Positions 30,185 through 40,917 are shown, counted from the stretch's first letter. The stretch: 64,000 nt of DNA from an uncultured virus (IMG/VR IMGVR_UViG_3300044699_000169) (IMGVR_UViG_3300044699_000169); one strand, 5' to 3'. Notes: generated from the sequence alone by a model not told the origin. Numbers and translations are program-made.

Positions 30185-31001
30185 TTTCTGTCCCTGAAAT
30201 GTTTCTTCGCCTGCTTCTCGGCCGTCTCCCAGATCCCCATCCTCTCAAGCTGAGCCACTATCTGCTTCAAGGTACTCGACATCGGCCCACGACACTCCCT
30301 AGTCTCCGGGTCAACCACGCAATAGTGGCCGTATTGGATGATGGAAAGCTCGGAGCCTTTGACCGGACAGATCTTGGAAGACTTGATGGCTTTCTCGACC
30401 TCGGCGCCGTGACCGTTCTTCGGGTATCTCGAGACGTCCCCGCCGAAGCACCGGATGAGCCTGCTCCGCCTCCGGAATGGGACGTTCAGAATCACGCTGA
30501 CCGAATCGACCACCGGATACCAGTAGTTCGTCAGGAATTTCCAGAAGCGATTGGTCTGACCTCTACGGCGATTGTCCTTGGCGGTCCCAGCTCCGGCACG
30601 CGCGTGCTGTTCTCTAGACCAAGCTTGGTCCCGCTGGTGGGCGAGCACGAGCTTCATCCCTGGCGTCCCAAGGATCAGGTTGTCCGGGGAGTCATTTAAG
30701 GTCTGCCCGTCCTTTCGAAGGACGAGCTGGCCCTCGGGAATCGGCCCACGGTTCTTTTCCCACCACCAGCGCGAATACTGAATCCACTTCTTCTGGTACG
30801 GCCCGGTCATCTTGACCTTGATAAAACGGGTGTAGCGCCGGCGCCCGTTGGCGATCTCGCAGCGAATCACCACCGTCCGAGCGGCATGGGATCCTTCCGG
30901 CAACGCTTGGTCGCGGCTATCCGGACGGCGCCGTAGGGGTCCGAGATGAGGGTGCCGTCCGACCTTCTACGGGGCCTTTGGCTTTCCGGGAGGGACTTCA
31001 T
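30181..31001 (-). CDS. HNH-endonuclease-like protein (5' frameshift)
   Basis: RWWWEKNRGPIPEG..KDG..LND..NL pattern of HNH_3-like nucleases; catalytic His not evident. Confidence 0.5.
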
Positions 31002-31003
31002 GG

Positions 31004-31037
31004 CTTGAAGTATACGCCGTATACTTCAAGACTTCAA
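31004..31037 (-). promoter_or_regulatory. sigma70-type promoter overlapped by a perfect 13-bp inverted repeat
   Basis: Minus strand TTGAAG-17-TATACT; CTTGAAGTATACG-C-CGTATACTTCAAG at 31004-31030. Confidence 0.7.
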
Positions 31038-31047
31038 GAGCGTGATG

Positions 31048-31599
31048 CTAATGGGTTGCGTATTGGAGCGCGGCCATAAGGAGGTTCTGACTTGGAATCC
31101 GACGCCAACGCTCCACCACCCTTCCGCGCGCATCTGTTCTTGGGCCGACTTTCGGGAACGTCGGATCGACGGCAATCACGGCCTGCCAGAGCGTCATCCA
31201 TCCGTCAGCACCAACGATAATTGAATGGGCCTCTTCCCAAGTCTCCTCGGTCGGATGATAAAGAACGGCGCGGAGAGCTCTCTTGTATTCTGGTCTTAGC
31301 TTTCCGAAGACATTTCTGGCGAGCTCGAGTTCCCTTTCGATGTCAATTGGCCTTGGAGCCGCCTGCTCCCCTTCGGGTCCCGGGAGGCCTTCGATCGGCT
31401 TCCGAAGATAGGAATCTATATCCTGATCCGTCTTAACGAACCCTTCCCGCCAGAGTCGGACGAACGTTCTAACCTCCGGATCGTCGCACATGCCGAGGGT
31501 GCTCGTGTAGGATTTTCCCTTCGCGCCGATCTCTGCAAAGACGAAGCAGTGACCAGCCTCGTTCGTAAAGTCCCAGATCTTTCTGATCTTCTTCGGCAT
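31048..31599 (-). CDS. hypothetical protein
   Basis: 183-aa ORF, TAAGAT 6 nt before ATG. Confidence 0.7.
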   Translation of the reverse strand: MPKKIRKIWDFTNEAGHCFVFAEIGAKGKSYTSTLGMCDDPEVRTFVRLWREGFVKTDQDIDSYLRKPIEGLPGPEGEQAAPRPIDIERELELARNVFGKLRPEYKRALRAVLYHPTEETWEEAHSIIVGADGWMTLWQAVIAVDPTFPKVGPRTDARGRVVERWRRIPSQNLLMAALQYATH

Positions 31600-31618
31600 A
31601 TTCCTATCTTACAATGGC

Positions 31619-32005
31619 TCAGATAAGCGGGGCGATGTCGATCGCCAGGATCCTGGGCTTCCGAGCCATGATCGCCGCCGCCGTCCTGTGACGTCCTTCC
31701 AGGAGGGCGACCACGGGGCCAAGCCGTGAGTCGATGACGATCGGCGGGAACTTCCGGCGGCGCTTCATGGCGCTGGCGTAGTCTTCGATCAATCCTTCCG
31801 AGAGATTCTGATTCGGATCGTCGATCTCTAACGGATCGACATTGACGAGCTGAAGGAGTGGGGGTTCACTGTCGAATTTCTTCCGGGTATAGTCCTTTGG
31901 AATGCCGGTTCTCGCCTTGATGCCGATTAGGACGTCTTCCTGGACTTCACTATCCAGATCTTCCCACGGAACAAGCCCTGCCGGCTCGAGTACCCGCAAA
32001 CTCAT
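31619..32005 (-). CDS. ParB/Srx-like protein
   Basis: IEDYASAM..FPPIVI..LLEGRHRTAAA. Confidence 0.7.
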   Translation of the reverse strand: MSLRVLEPAGLVPWEDLDSEVQEDVLIGIKARTGIPKDYTRKKFDSEPPLLQLVNVDPLEIDDPNQNLSEGLIEDYASAMKRRRKFPPIVIDSRLGPVVALLEGRHRTAAAIMARKPRILAIDIAPLI

Positions 32006-32659
32006 CCGACGATCTCTCCTGGATAGCGAAGCATCCGCCCTCCCTCATACTGAGGCTTCGAGATGATTTCAAAGGCATCGTCCGGGGAGTCGATAACAAA
32101 ACGCTCGGGACCGTTCTTGTTCTCTAGGATCGCGGTTGCATCGGCCAAGATCTCGAGCTCCCGAGGGCCAAGCGTGTCGATCAGGACTTCCCAGCGGGAT
32201 CTCGGATTCTTCCGTTTCTTCTCCCTTCGCCCAGTCGACGCGCCAAGCGAACGCAAGGGCCCCGAGCACCTGGTTGGGCGTGGCGTGGCCCATTTTCGTC
32301 CGCCACCAGCTCTCCGGCTTCTTCTTGATCGCCTCGAGCGCCTGAGCCTTCCCGCGCTCGGTCACCCATAGCTGGGACATCTCGAGGCCTGCTTCATTCG
32401 CCGCGATGAGCGCCTCATGCGAGACGTCGAGCATTTTAATCGCGGCCTTCATGGCGCCCATGACGAAGGACACCTGCTTGAGGTCGTTCGCAAGGTCGTC
32501 CGGATCCGACGGCCACCGGCGCGAAGCTTCCTGGAAGAGCCGGACTCGGATCTCTGGCGTCGAAACTTCCTTGTTCGAAAAGAGCTCGGCGAGCATCGGG
32601 CCGTGCTCGGTCGCCCAAGCCCATCCAGCCTTGTATTCGGGTGTGTCGATCGGGGACAT
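32002..32659 (-). CDS. hypothetical protein (frameshifted)
   Basis: ORFs 32069..32659 and 32002..32256 join near 32230. Confidence 0.5.
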
Positions 32660-32660
32660 G

Positions 32661-33482
32661 CTATAGAACCTCGATCCCCTGGGCCTCCCCGCCCATCCAT
32701 GGATTTGCCGCGGCGGTCACCGCCCAGAGATCCTCCACGGAGGTTCCTTCCGGAGCCGAAGAATGGCCGGGGTCAAAAATGAGAAGCGGCGGACGCTCCT
32801 TCCGGTCTTCCCACCAGGCCTTCTGAAGCGGCTGCTCCTCGGTCGGATGGATCCGAGTCCCGAGATTCCCCTGGTGAACGTCAGCCAGGATGATGTCCTC
32901 GCGCCTCAAAGACTCAATGGCTTCGGCGACAGAGTAGGTGCCCTGATCGTTATAAAGCTTCCCGATCGCCTGCTGAGCTTCGTCGAAGTTCCTTTCCCTT
33001 CCCCTCTCGGTCTTTGCCTCGAGCCCCCGCCGCGTGTACTTGTTGTAGTTCTGGAGCTCATCGAGCCAGGTGCTACGACTTGAGAATCCTCCAAACGAAT
33101 AGTCGCTGAAGCTGAAGGGTCGAACCTCTTCCCGGATGATCACCCATCCGGTTCCTCGAGGGCCCTTTTGGAGTGGTTCCGGGATCCGCCAAACCCCGTA
33201 CCAACGGGCAAGACCGTTGAGGCGCTTATCAAGCTTCGTCTTCATGATCGCACTTACAACTGGCCCTTCGGTGGGGTCAGTGGAGATCTTGAGGACACGA
33301 TCCAACGGCCGCGCTTGATCGCCGGGCTGGTCGTAAGCTACATCCTTCGTCCAGAGCGGAAACACGCATCCGTAGCTTCCGCATCCGAACGGATTCTGCC
33401 AATCCACCCATCCCCCGGCGACGGCTTCAATCTTCTCCCGATAGAGGTCGATCGCCTTCCGTACCCCTGCTGGAAATCTCAC
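32661..33482 (-). CDS. protein-kinase-like enzyme
   Basis: GCGSYGCVF Gly loop, VLKIS, DVHQGN catalytic loop, IFDPG. Confidence 0.75.
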   Translation of the reverse strand: MRFPAGVRKAIDLYREKIEAVAGGWVDWQNPFGCGSYGCVFPLWTKDVAYDQPGDQARPLDRVLKISTDPTEGPVVSAIMKTKLDKRLNGLARWYGVWRIPEPLQKGPRGTGWVIIREEVRPFSFSDYSFGGFSSRSTWLDELQNYNKYTRRGLEAKTERGRERNFDEAQQAIGKLYNDQGTYSVAEAIESLRREDIILADVHQGNLGTRIHPTEEQPLQKAWWEDRKERPPLLIFDPGHSSAPEGTSVEDLWAVTAAANPWMGGEAQGIEVL

Positions 33483-34024
33483 TTTCCTCTCTTCTTCCTG
33501 GACTTCCTCATGGCACGGTTGATCTCCCGCTGATATTCCCGGTTCCGCTTGGCGATCTTCCTGTCGATCTCCTTACGGATCTTGGCGGCGGCTTTCTTGA
33601 CGTCAGGGGGAATCGGACGGAAGGACTCTGTGATCTTTTCGGGCTCAGGAGCCCCAGGACGAAGGCAGGCCTTCTCGGAGGCATGGAGAAGAATCCTCTG
33701 ATGATCCCAGAGCGCCCCCAGATCGTCCCTGATGAATTCCGCGATCACCGGAGGGACCGGCTCCGTGGAGATCTGCTTAACGATCTCCCCCAGATCCCTC
33801 GCGCGTCGGGCAAGCTTTCCGGCGACGGCCTTCACCTCTGGAAGGGCGCTCCCGATGCTCCTTGCAGACCCCTGAAGCGAGTAGAGCGACATTCCGACAC
33901 CGTTGAAGAGCCGCATCTCCTTCTTCGGCAGGACGGTTGTCTTGAGATCGTGAAGGGCGCAGTCGATCTGCTCGACATGCTTGGCCAGGCTATAGCACTG
34001 GGCGGCTTTTTCGTCGGCCATCAA
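33479..34024 (-). CDS. hypothetical protein with basic tail
   Basis: Coupled ORF. Confidence 0.65.
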   Translation of the reverse strand: MMADEKAAQCYSLAKHVEQIDCALHDLKTTVLPKKEMRLFNGVGMSLYSLQGSARSIGSALPEVKAVAGKLARRARDLGEIVKQISTEPVPPVIAEFIRDDLGALWDHQRILLHASEKACLRPGAPEPEKITESFRPIPPDVKKAAAKIRKEIDRKIAKRNREYQREINRAMRKSRKKRGK

Positions 34025-34683
34025 ACCCTCGCGGTTTCTCCCTCGTAGATCCAGTCTATCGCAAGGGAGACGGGGAGTCTACCGTGCCAGAGAAGCTCGG
34101 GCGGCTCCGATCTGCTGTGATGCTTTTTGAGCGCCTTCGCCGCCGCAGCTCCCGTCTTGTCGTGCTTCTCTTGGATGTCGCCAAACATCGAAATGATGGC
34201 GTCCTCCGCGGCGTCGACGGTCTCGAACTTCTTCATCACGATCTTCTTGAGACCCGCCCAGTAGGCTGGCGCGAGATCCTTCTCCCTAAAGAAGGCTCCG
34301 CGCTGAATGAGATCCGCCGAGTCGAAGACAAATCCGGTGGGATTCCTTCCGGCCCACACGGGCCATTGTCCGACCTGAAGGAAGACGTTCTCCGCGTCCA
34401 TCGCCAGAAGGTCGATGCAGCCCAGCTGCGTGAATGTGTGCAAGGAGCCGGGAGACTCGCTCGCGAAATGCTCGATACGATCGGCGATCAGCCGAAAGAG
34501 CCCTTTCCAGGCGATCGGATCGACCAGCTTCCCTTTCAGCTGGTGGGCAAGGTTTTCCATCTCCGACGAGCACTTCTCGTGAAAGATCTCCGTGTTGAGT
34601 CGGTCGATCGCCGGAATGATCTCTCCGGAGTCCGAGATCTCTTGAAATGCTTCTTTCGGAACCCAGTGGTAGGCGGGGATCAC
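34021..34683 (-). CDS. hypothetical protein, possible ART-like fold
   Basis: AYHW..I..G.I.P start and E.LWHGRLPVS end. Confidence 0.45.
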   Translation of the reverse strand: MIPAYHWVPKEAFQEISDSGEIIPAIDRLNTEIFHEKCSSEMENLAHQLKGKLVDPIAWKGLFRLIADRIEHFASESPGSLHTFTQLGCIDLLAMDAENVFLQVGQWPVWAGRNPTGFVFDSADLIQRGAFFREKDLAPAYWAGLKKIVMKKFETVDAAEDAIISMFGDIQEKHDKTGAAAAKALKKHHSRSEPPELLWHGRLPVSLAIDWIYEGETARV

Positions 34684-34995
34684 TTACTTCCCGAATAGGA
34701 GAAGCCCAAGGACTCCGGCAACTGCGCCGCCTCCGATAATCGTCCCCCAGTCCGTTCCGGTGGGCTCCGTCAGATTAATGAGCTCCCCTTTGACCTGCTC
34801 GAGCTCCTGGACGCTCTTCTCGGAGATCCCGTACTCGAGGCATCGGTCGCAAGCCGCCTGAAGGGAGTCGATCGTCTTAGGCTCAATGGATGCCGGCGGG
34901 ATGGTATCGCAGATCCTTCTACACTCCTGCGAGAGAGCCATGCACTGCTGGAACAGGACTGGATTCTGCCCAAACCGCGCCGCTTGCCCGATCAT
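34684..34995 (-). CDS. small LGQ-type protein with C-terminal TM anchor
   Basis: IGQAARFGQ; IIGGGAVAGVLGLLLFGK. Confidence 0.7.
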   Translation of the reverse strand: MIGQAARFGQNPVLFQQCMALSQECRRICDTIPPASIEPKTIDSLQAACDRCLEYGISEKSVQELEQVKGELINLTEPTGTDWGTIIGGGAVAGVLGLLLFGK

Positions 34996-35759
34996 ATCCG
35001 CCTCAGATGTCTGAGATTGACCACCGGATATCTACGCTGGCCCGACATGGCGAAGGAGGGTGCGGTCATCGCGCCTTCCGCTCCAAAAGCGGTGCTTGAG
35101 AAGTTCTGAGCGGAGGTGGTCAAATCCACCGGCGTGGTCCCGAAGCTGGTAGCTCCGTACCAGGAACCGTAGGCGGGAGATTTGGGAACGGATGCGACCG
35201 ACTTGTAACAGCAGTTGCTTCCGGGAACCGTCTTCTCCATCCCTTCTGGGCAGGAGTCTCCTGGAGCGGCCCACACGGTGTCGCGGGGGCAATCTTCCAG
35301 CTGCTCTTGCGTCGGCTCTGGCGGATAGCTATACGGAGGATGCCCCTCTTCTCCAAAGGGAATTCCGGTCGAAACCGGAGCGTGACCTCCAGGGAATGCT
35401 GGCGGCAGCGTTGGAACTGGAGGCGGAATCTCATCCCCGGCCTCCACTGAAATCGGAGGCATACCGGTCCCCGGCATGTCAACCCCGCTCACGATCTCAG
35501 GCGGAGGGGGCGGAGGGGGCGGAGGAGGCGGCGGAGGAGGAGCTGGGGGATACTGTGGAGGATGATAAACCTCCTGCCCTTTGAAAGGAGCCTCCTCCCT
35601 TTCCTTCTGTTCCTGCCGAAGCCGGCTCAGTTTGTCCTTCAGAGCGTTGATTTCGTTGTTGTAGTCCTCGAGCATTCCGCCAAGACGACGTGCTGGGAGA
35701 GGGCCGCGGAAAGGGGCGGCCAACTTCACTTGCCCCAGGAAGGCTGCTCTTTGGAACAT
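34992..35759 (-). CDS. Pro-rich LGQ-motif protein
   Basis: FLGQVKL, RRLGG, poly-Pro tract, small Cys domain. Confidence 0.7.
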   Translation of the reverse strand: MFQRAAFLGQVKLAAPFRGPLPARRLGGMLEDYNNEINALKDKLSRLRQEQKEREEAPFKGQEVYHPPQYPPAPPPPPPPPPPPPPPEIVSGVDMPGTGMPPISVEAGDEIPPPVPTLPPAFPGGHAPVSTGIPFGEEGHPPYSYPPEPTQEQLEDCPRDTVWAAPGDSCPEGMEKTVPGSNCCYKSVASVPKSPAYGSWYGATSFGTTPVDLTTSAQNFSSTAFGAEGAMTAPSFAMSGQRRYPVVNLRHLRRI

Positions 35760-35808
35760 GTGGTACCCCTATTATGCCCTTAGTCGGACACAATCTCAAC
35801 GAGATCCA

Positions 35809-36861
35809 TCACGAAGAAGCCGTCTCGATGGGCCAAAACTCCCTGAAATAAGCGTCCACGTAGGAATGCACATCTGCCTTTGGATCGACCTCAAGACTCC
35901 CCGGATCTCCGTGGACCGTTTCCATTTTGGAGACCTTCTTTTCGGCCTCTCGGATCGGAGCCCATTTTCTTGACCATGGAAGCCAGACTTCGATTTGATC
36001 CGGAGGAATCGCTCGTTCTATGAACCAGTCAGACGCTTGGAAGGTATCCTGCTCTGCATCCTTCAGGTTTTCTGAATCAACGCGAAGAAGGATGGGATCG
36101 GGGGACCGTCCATGCTCCACGAGATTCTTTGAGAAATGAACGGCAGTATAGAACGCGGTACTCAAGACGTTGTCGCTGAAGAATACCTTCCCCTTCGACC
36201 ACTTCCCAAGCTTCCCGGACCACCGAGGATTTTCGCTCGGAAGAAGGCCAAGACGGGAGATGTTCCAGATCCGATCGGCGAACGTCGAGTGGTAGAGGTG
36301 TCCTGGGGGAGCTCCCTGTTGGCCTCTTGGGCCGCGGCGGATGGTTCCCATTTCCGGGCTTTCAAAGGCCTCCATGTCCCAGGCCTCGGCCGAGCGACGC
36401 TTGGCGCGGCCGCCTTCTTCGTCCTTCCTCTCGTTTTCCGCCATGAGAGGATCGACCACCGGAAGGATCGAATGGACATAGTCGAACATCGGGATACCGA
36501 ATTTCAGGGAGATTTCTGCATAAGCGTTGAAGTCCGAAAGAAGCACCGGAACCTCGGACAGCTTTGCGACGCGCGCGGCGGTCGTGCGGTGCGACCCGTC
36601 CATCATGGTCGTGGTCGCGCCTTTGGAAACCACCGGATATGGCATGTCCTCTGGCCAGCCGCCCTCCTCGCTCAAAACCCGGGCGATCTTGTTGACGTAC
36701 TTTGGATCGACGAGTTCCTCGACCTGAATTTCCCATGGATTGATGAAGCCCTTCTCGACCGAAAGGTCAAGGCCCTCTTTCTTGGCGAACTCGAGAATGT
36801 CCCGGATCAAAGGATCCTTTAGGCCCTCGCGCCAGGACGCCCCTAATCCTCGCATGGCCAC
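35809..36861 (-). CDS. ParB-like domain fused to ADP-ribosyltransferase-like domain
   Basis: MDGSHRTTAA; LYHST..I..GLLP..VFFS..ILLRV..IPPDQIEV (Tpt1/KptA-like ART pattern). Confidence 0.65.
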   Translation of the reverse strand: MAMRGLGASWREGLKDPLIRDILEFAKKEGLDLSVEKGFINPWEIQVEELVDPKYVNKIARVLSEEGGWPEDMPYPVVSKGATTTMMDGSHRTTAARVAKLSEVPVLLSDFNAYAEISLKFGIPMFDYVHSILPVVDPLMAENERKDEEGGRAKRRSAEAWDMEAFESPEMGTIRRGPRGQQGAPPGHLYHSTFADRIWNISRLGLLPSENPRWSGKLGKWSKGKVFFSDNVLSTAFYTAVHFSKNLVEHGRSPDPILLRVDSENLKDAEQDTFQASDWFIERAIPPDQIEVWLPWSRKWAPIREAEKKVSKMETVHGDPGSLEVDPKADVHSYVDAYFREFWPIETASS

Positions 36862-37322
36862 TTCCTGACGGACATTACCTCGATCATATCCCCGTGTCCG
36901 AGCGCCCGCAAATGCTCGAGGGCGTCCTTCGACCAGGGCTTCTTAACGCCGGCGAGCCACTGATCCATCAAGATGAATCGGCCGACCCAGCCTTCCCCGG
37001 CATCGAAGAGATCCTGAGCGATGAATGGCGGGGCTTTCGGGAAGTAGCGGCTCGATCGGATCTTCTCGGCGACTGCCGGAGGAGCGACGATCACCGGGAT
37101 CGTGGCGAGTTCCGTCCGGATGGCTGCGGAAAGGCGATGGCTTCCCGTCAGAGCTTGGTAGACCCCGCTTTCTTCCTGGAGGACAAGAAGCGGACGTCCG
37201 AGCCAGCCGCTCCTCTTCATGGACCGAATTAGCTGGGAGAGGAGCTCAGGATCCCGCGGCTCATGGACGGGACGTATCTCTTGTGGAGAGATACAGATGA
37301 CGTCCCCGGACGCGATGTCCAT
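36843..37322 (-). CDS. ParB/Srx-like protein
   Basis: LIRSMKRSGW..PLLV..LTGSHRLSAA. Confidence 0.75.
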   Translation of the reverse strand: MDIASGDVICISPQEIRPVHEPRDPELLSQLIRSMKRSGWLGRPLLVLQEESGVYQALTGSHRLSAAIRTELATIPVIVAPPAVAEKIRSSRYFPKAPPFIAQDLFDAGEGWVGRFILMDQWLAGVKKPWSKDALEHLRALGHGDMIEVMSVRKWPCED

Positions 37323-37332
37323 AACCTGGACG

Positions 37333-37773
37333 TCAGATCAGCTGGGTCATCCCGTAGACGACGCCGGCGAGGACCGCTCCGCCGACCAGGACGTTCACAA
37401 CGTCGTCATTCGGAGGGGCACCGCTGGCCGGGGCCACGACGCCGGGCGCGCTTCCTGCAGTCGAGAGGTACTTTGAGATCTCGTTCAGGAAGTCCGACTT
37501 CTCCATGGCACCGACAGCCCGGTGGACTTCCTTTCCGTTGGAGAAGAAGACCGTGGTCGGGACGCCGGTGAGGCCGTACTGAGCGGCCTTCTGCTGGTTC
37601 TGGTCGGTGTTCGCCTGGATCATGGCGATCTTGTCGCCCATCTGGGAGGCGACGTCCGCGAAGATCGGCCCGAACCTCTGACAGTTGGGGCAGCGATCGT
37701 TCCAGAACTCGACGATCGCAAGCGGTGCGCTCGAGACCGCCTGATCGAAGGTTGCGTCGGTCACGCTTTGCAT
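37333..37773 (-). CDS. thioredoxin-like protein with C-terminal TM anchor
   Basis: VEFWNDRCPNC, GVPT; GGAVLAGVVYG tail. Confidence 0.85.
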   Translation of the reverse strand: MQSVTDATFDQAVSSAPLAIVEFWNDRCPNCQRFGPIFADVASQMGDKIAMIQANTDQNQQKAAQYGLTGVPTTVFFSNGKEVHRAVGAMEKSDFLNEISKYLSTAGSAPGVVAPASGAPPNDDVVNVLVGGAVLAGVVYGMTQLI

Positions 37774-37782
37774 GTCTGCCTC

Positions 37783-38604
37783 CTAGAGGATTTCTTCGAG
37801 CTCCATAAACCGATAGGTCAGATTTTGCCCGCCCGCTCGGACGGTCCAGTTTACCCACCACCGATGGGCTCCCGCGGGGACGCCGGCGCGAGGCATCGCG
37901 GTCTCAAGAGTATCCTGGTTCGCAGTGTCGCCAATGGAGCCCGTATTGCTGTTCCACTGGTTCTTCGCCTGAGAGCGAGTGATGAGCGTACCGTCCAGCC
38001 TCAAGGTCCCTTGCAGGCCCGAGAGATTTGAGAGCTGCTGGGCGGAGCCTGCCGCCTTGACTCTAACCACGCTGCTTCTGGGGTGATAAAGGGGAAGGAT
38101 GACTTCAGGGTCATCGCCAGAGGTTGCAGTCGAATCCTGAGCAGCCTGCGACGCGGCGTAGATTCCACGCCGAGCGAAGTAGTATGCGTAAATCCGTCCC
38201 TTGCTCGCCGATGAACTGTCGAGCTTGCCCATATCTCTCACGGTGGTATCACCGTTGAAGACCATGACGAGAGCCAGAGGGATGAACCCTACATCCGGGG
38301 TCGGGGCATCGGCAGTCCCAATCGCGGCGGCCGTCCCAGCCTTCGCGTTGAGAGTGGTTCCATTCCACTGGATCATATCGCAACGGGTAAGGCCGACACC
38401 TGGAGGGGCCCCGATCGCGACGCTTTGGTCCGGGACGGTTTCCTTCATGCCGCTACGGATGACGGTGAGGCTCACGGAACGAACGCTCAACGCCGGAACA
38501 GCTTGGGCCAGGATCTCTCCGGTATAGATTCCGTCGACGAGGCCCACATTCTGGCCGTCGACGAATTCGGCCGAGACTCCGGTTCCGGTCCTCTGTGTGG
38601 CCAT
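37783..38604 (-). CDS. putative virion structural protein
   Basis: RCDMI..KAGT..APTPD..IPLALV fibre N-terminal-like pattern. Confidence 0.55.
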   Translation of the reverse strand: MATQRTGTGVSAEFVDGQNVGLVDGIYTGEILAQAVPALSVRSVSLTVIRSGMKETVPDQSVAIGAPPGVGLTRCDMIQWNGTTLNAKAGTAAAIGTADAPTPDVGFIPLALVMVFNGDTTVRDMGKLDSSSASKGRIYAYYFARRGIYAASQAAQDSTATSGDDPEVILPLYHPRSSVVRVKAAGSAQQLSNLSGLQGTLRLDGTLITRSQAKNQWNSNTGSIGDTANQDTLETAMPRAGVPAGAHRWWVNWTVRAGGQNLTYRFMELEEIL

Positions 38605-38607
38605 CTA

Positions 38608-38811
38608 TTACCCCTGTGCCTTTCGCGCTTTGGCTTTGGCCATAAGCTCCGTCCGGACGTTCTTGATATAGACGACGATCGAGCTCTTGTACTGGCAGTT
38701 CAAACAAGCCACCAGCCCCAGTGGCTTATTCGGATTGACCGTTTTTCTCTGGAGCTTGCCCCCACATTTCGGGCACGGCCTGGGCAAAGACATCACTTGA
38801 GGGTAGGGCAT
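38608..38811 (-). CDS. small Zn-ribbon protein
   Basis: CPKCGG..CLNC; AAGGAG RBS. Confidence 0.65.
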   Translation of the reverse strand: MPYPQVMSLPRPCPKCGGKLQRKTVNPNKPLGLVACLNCQYKSSIVVYIKNVRTELMAKAKARKAQG

Positions 38812-38821
38812 CGTCGCTCCT

Positions 38822-40637
38822 TTACCAGGTCACTTCGCCATTCATTCCGAGACGCAGATCGTAAGTCGTCGGAAGGCCGGCGGTAGCGCTTTGGACCTCA
38901 ATTGAGTACCGGGTGTAGGGCGGCCGCGCGGTGCCTACGTTGTTCGTTGGATCGAGGCGTAAGTCGCCGCCCGCGGCCACCAGGGTGGTCACGGTGCTCG
39001 TCACTCCGAACTGGTCGACGCCCGTCTCCCGAACGTTCATGCCGTTTACGCCGGTATTCTTGATCGTGCCGATTCCCTGAACGCCGCTAGTGGCGAGCTG
39101 ATTAGTGATCGTAGTGAAGGCGTTTACTGTCGCTCCGGTGGTCCGGAACTGCGAAAGTCCGTTAAAGGTGTTTCGGACACCGACGAAGACGGAAGCGACT
39201 CCGGCACCACCGATAAGCGGATTGGGGTTGCCGTTGAGGCCGAGACAGTCGTTGTAGACGTTCCGGTCCGCATTGATTCCAACTTCGAGAATTGGAGGAC
39301 AACCCCAGTTGTCCGTGTCGAAGTCGCAGCCGAGGACGAAGTTGTTTGGTCCGTTGAACCGGATGCCCGCCGTCGAGGCCGCAGAGAGGCCACGGAAGGC
39401 GCATCCCTTGATCACGAGTCGGAGCTGGTATAGATGTACGCCGTGATTCCACCGCCGGTGGCCGAGAACGTGCAGCCCTCAATGCTGACGTCTCCGCCAG
39501 CGGTTCCGAAGAATGCGGTGATGCCCCCAGAAACCGGGAAAACCGCAGGAGAAGTGACCTCCCCATGGAACGCGACGCCCACGAACGCGGACCTGGTGTT
39601 GTTTCCTCCCGTTTCGATCCGATCATTTACCCACCAGCCACCCGTGACGTTCATGCCCGCGGTTTCGATGAACCATAGTCCCAGCACATCGCAGTTTATG
39701 AAGTGCGTCGTCGTGGTGTATTCGTCGCCGGCCGCGAACTGGCCGAACATGAAGATGATCTGGGGCGTCCCACTGAAGTTAAAGAAGCGGGACCGCTCGG
39801 CATGGATCGTCCCCAGGCCGTCTTCGCCCGTGTAGGAAACGCTGGCAATCGTAGAAGCTGGCGTCGAGTGCGCCGAACGTGTCACCGCCGATCGTGCCTC
39901 CGACGGCGCTGAACTCGTCAACGATAAATCTCGTGCCGTAGAACGAGGCGCTTACGAGCAATCCGCCGGTATTGTCCCTGCAAAGGACGCCGCTTCCATC
40001 CGCAATGGGGACGAACCACGAATCGTAGACATTGATGTAGAGAGCGTTCAGAACGTTTTCATCCGCATCAACCACGTCGATCGGGACCTGGACCCCCTCC
40101 GTCCGGACACTCTTGATCGTGGGTTGTCCGAAGGCGTTTGCGTCCTCGACACTCAGGAATCGCTGGTTGGCGACCGATGTCCCGATAACCTTGAAATGCT
40201 GGAAGCTATAGGCTTCTCTGCGCCGTCAGTCCGTTGGGGATCGTGAAGGCGGAGATCGCATTCGCGCCCAAGTCGAAGATCGTCCCATCACCAGAGCCGA
40301 TGATATCCACCGGCTTGTCCGGCAAAGTGTTCGTGAGTGTCAGCGGGTAAGTGCCCTGCTTAACGTAGATCCGGCCGCCTTCCGCAGGAAGGGCCAGGAT
40401 CGCGGCTGCGACCGTGAGGTCCGTTCCATCTCCGGCAATCAAGCTGACAACTCTGGTTGCCGCATATACATCCGATCCCGCACCCGCTGGAGCCCACTTC
40501 AAGCCTGTTGGTTGGGTCGAATCCGCGGTCAAGACCTGGCCGTCGGGGCCTACCGGAAGCGGCGTCATGCTGGCGGCGCCAGCCACGCTGCTCCCGACCA
40601 GGATTGATCCTTTAATCTGAGTTTCCGGGAAGCTCAT
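38822..40637 (-). CDS. modular fibre/tailspike-like protein A (frameshifted)
   Basis: MSFPETQIKG head plus AATRVVSLIAGDGTD..EGG.IYVKQGTY module, then beta-helix fragments in several frames. Confidence 0.6.
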
Positions 40638-40673
40638 GATGCACCACCGTCTTGGAGAGCTCCGTCGACGAGT

Positions 40674-40908
40674 CTAGTGGACATAATTAAACGAATTCAT
40701 TCCCGAACTGAGCGATAATATTTTCCTTGGTCTGAGCATCGTCGCCTTCGACAAAGACCTGCCTCCACCCATTGTAGGAGATCGGGAAGTAGCCGAGCTT
40801 CTTCGTCTGCGGATGAGCTCGGTGAGGAGTCCGAAGCTCACAGATCCGGTCGTTATATCCAAGGACCACTTTCTGTGGAAGGCACTCGGCACAGTAAGCA
40901 ACTAGCAT
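40674..40908 (-). CDS. small hypothetical protein
   Basis: GGGGAG RBS, CAEC; frame ambiguous. Confidence 0.4.
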
Positions 40909-40917
40909 GGCTCCCCC

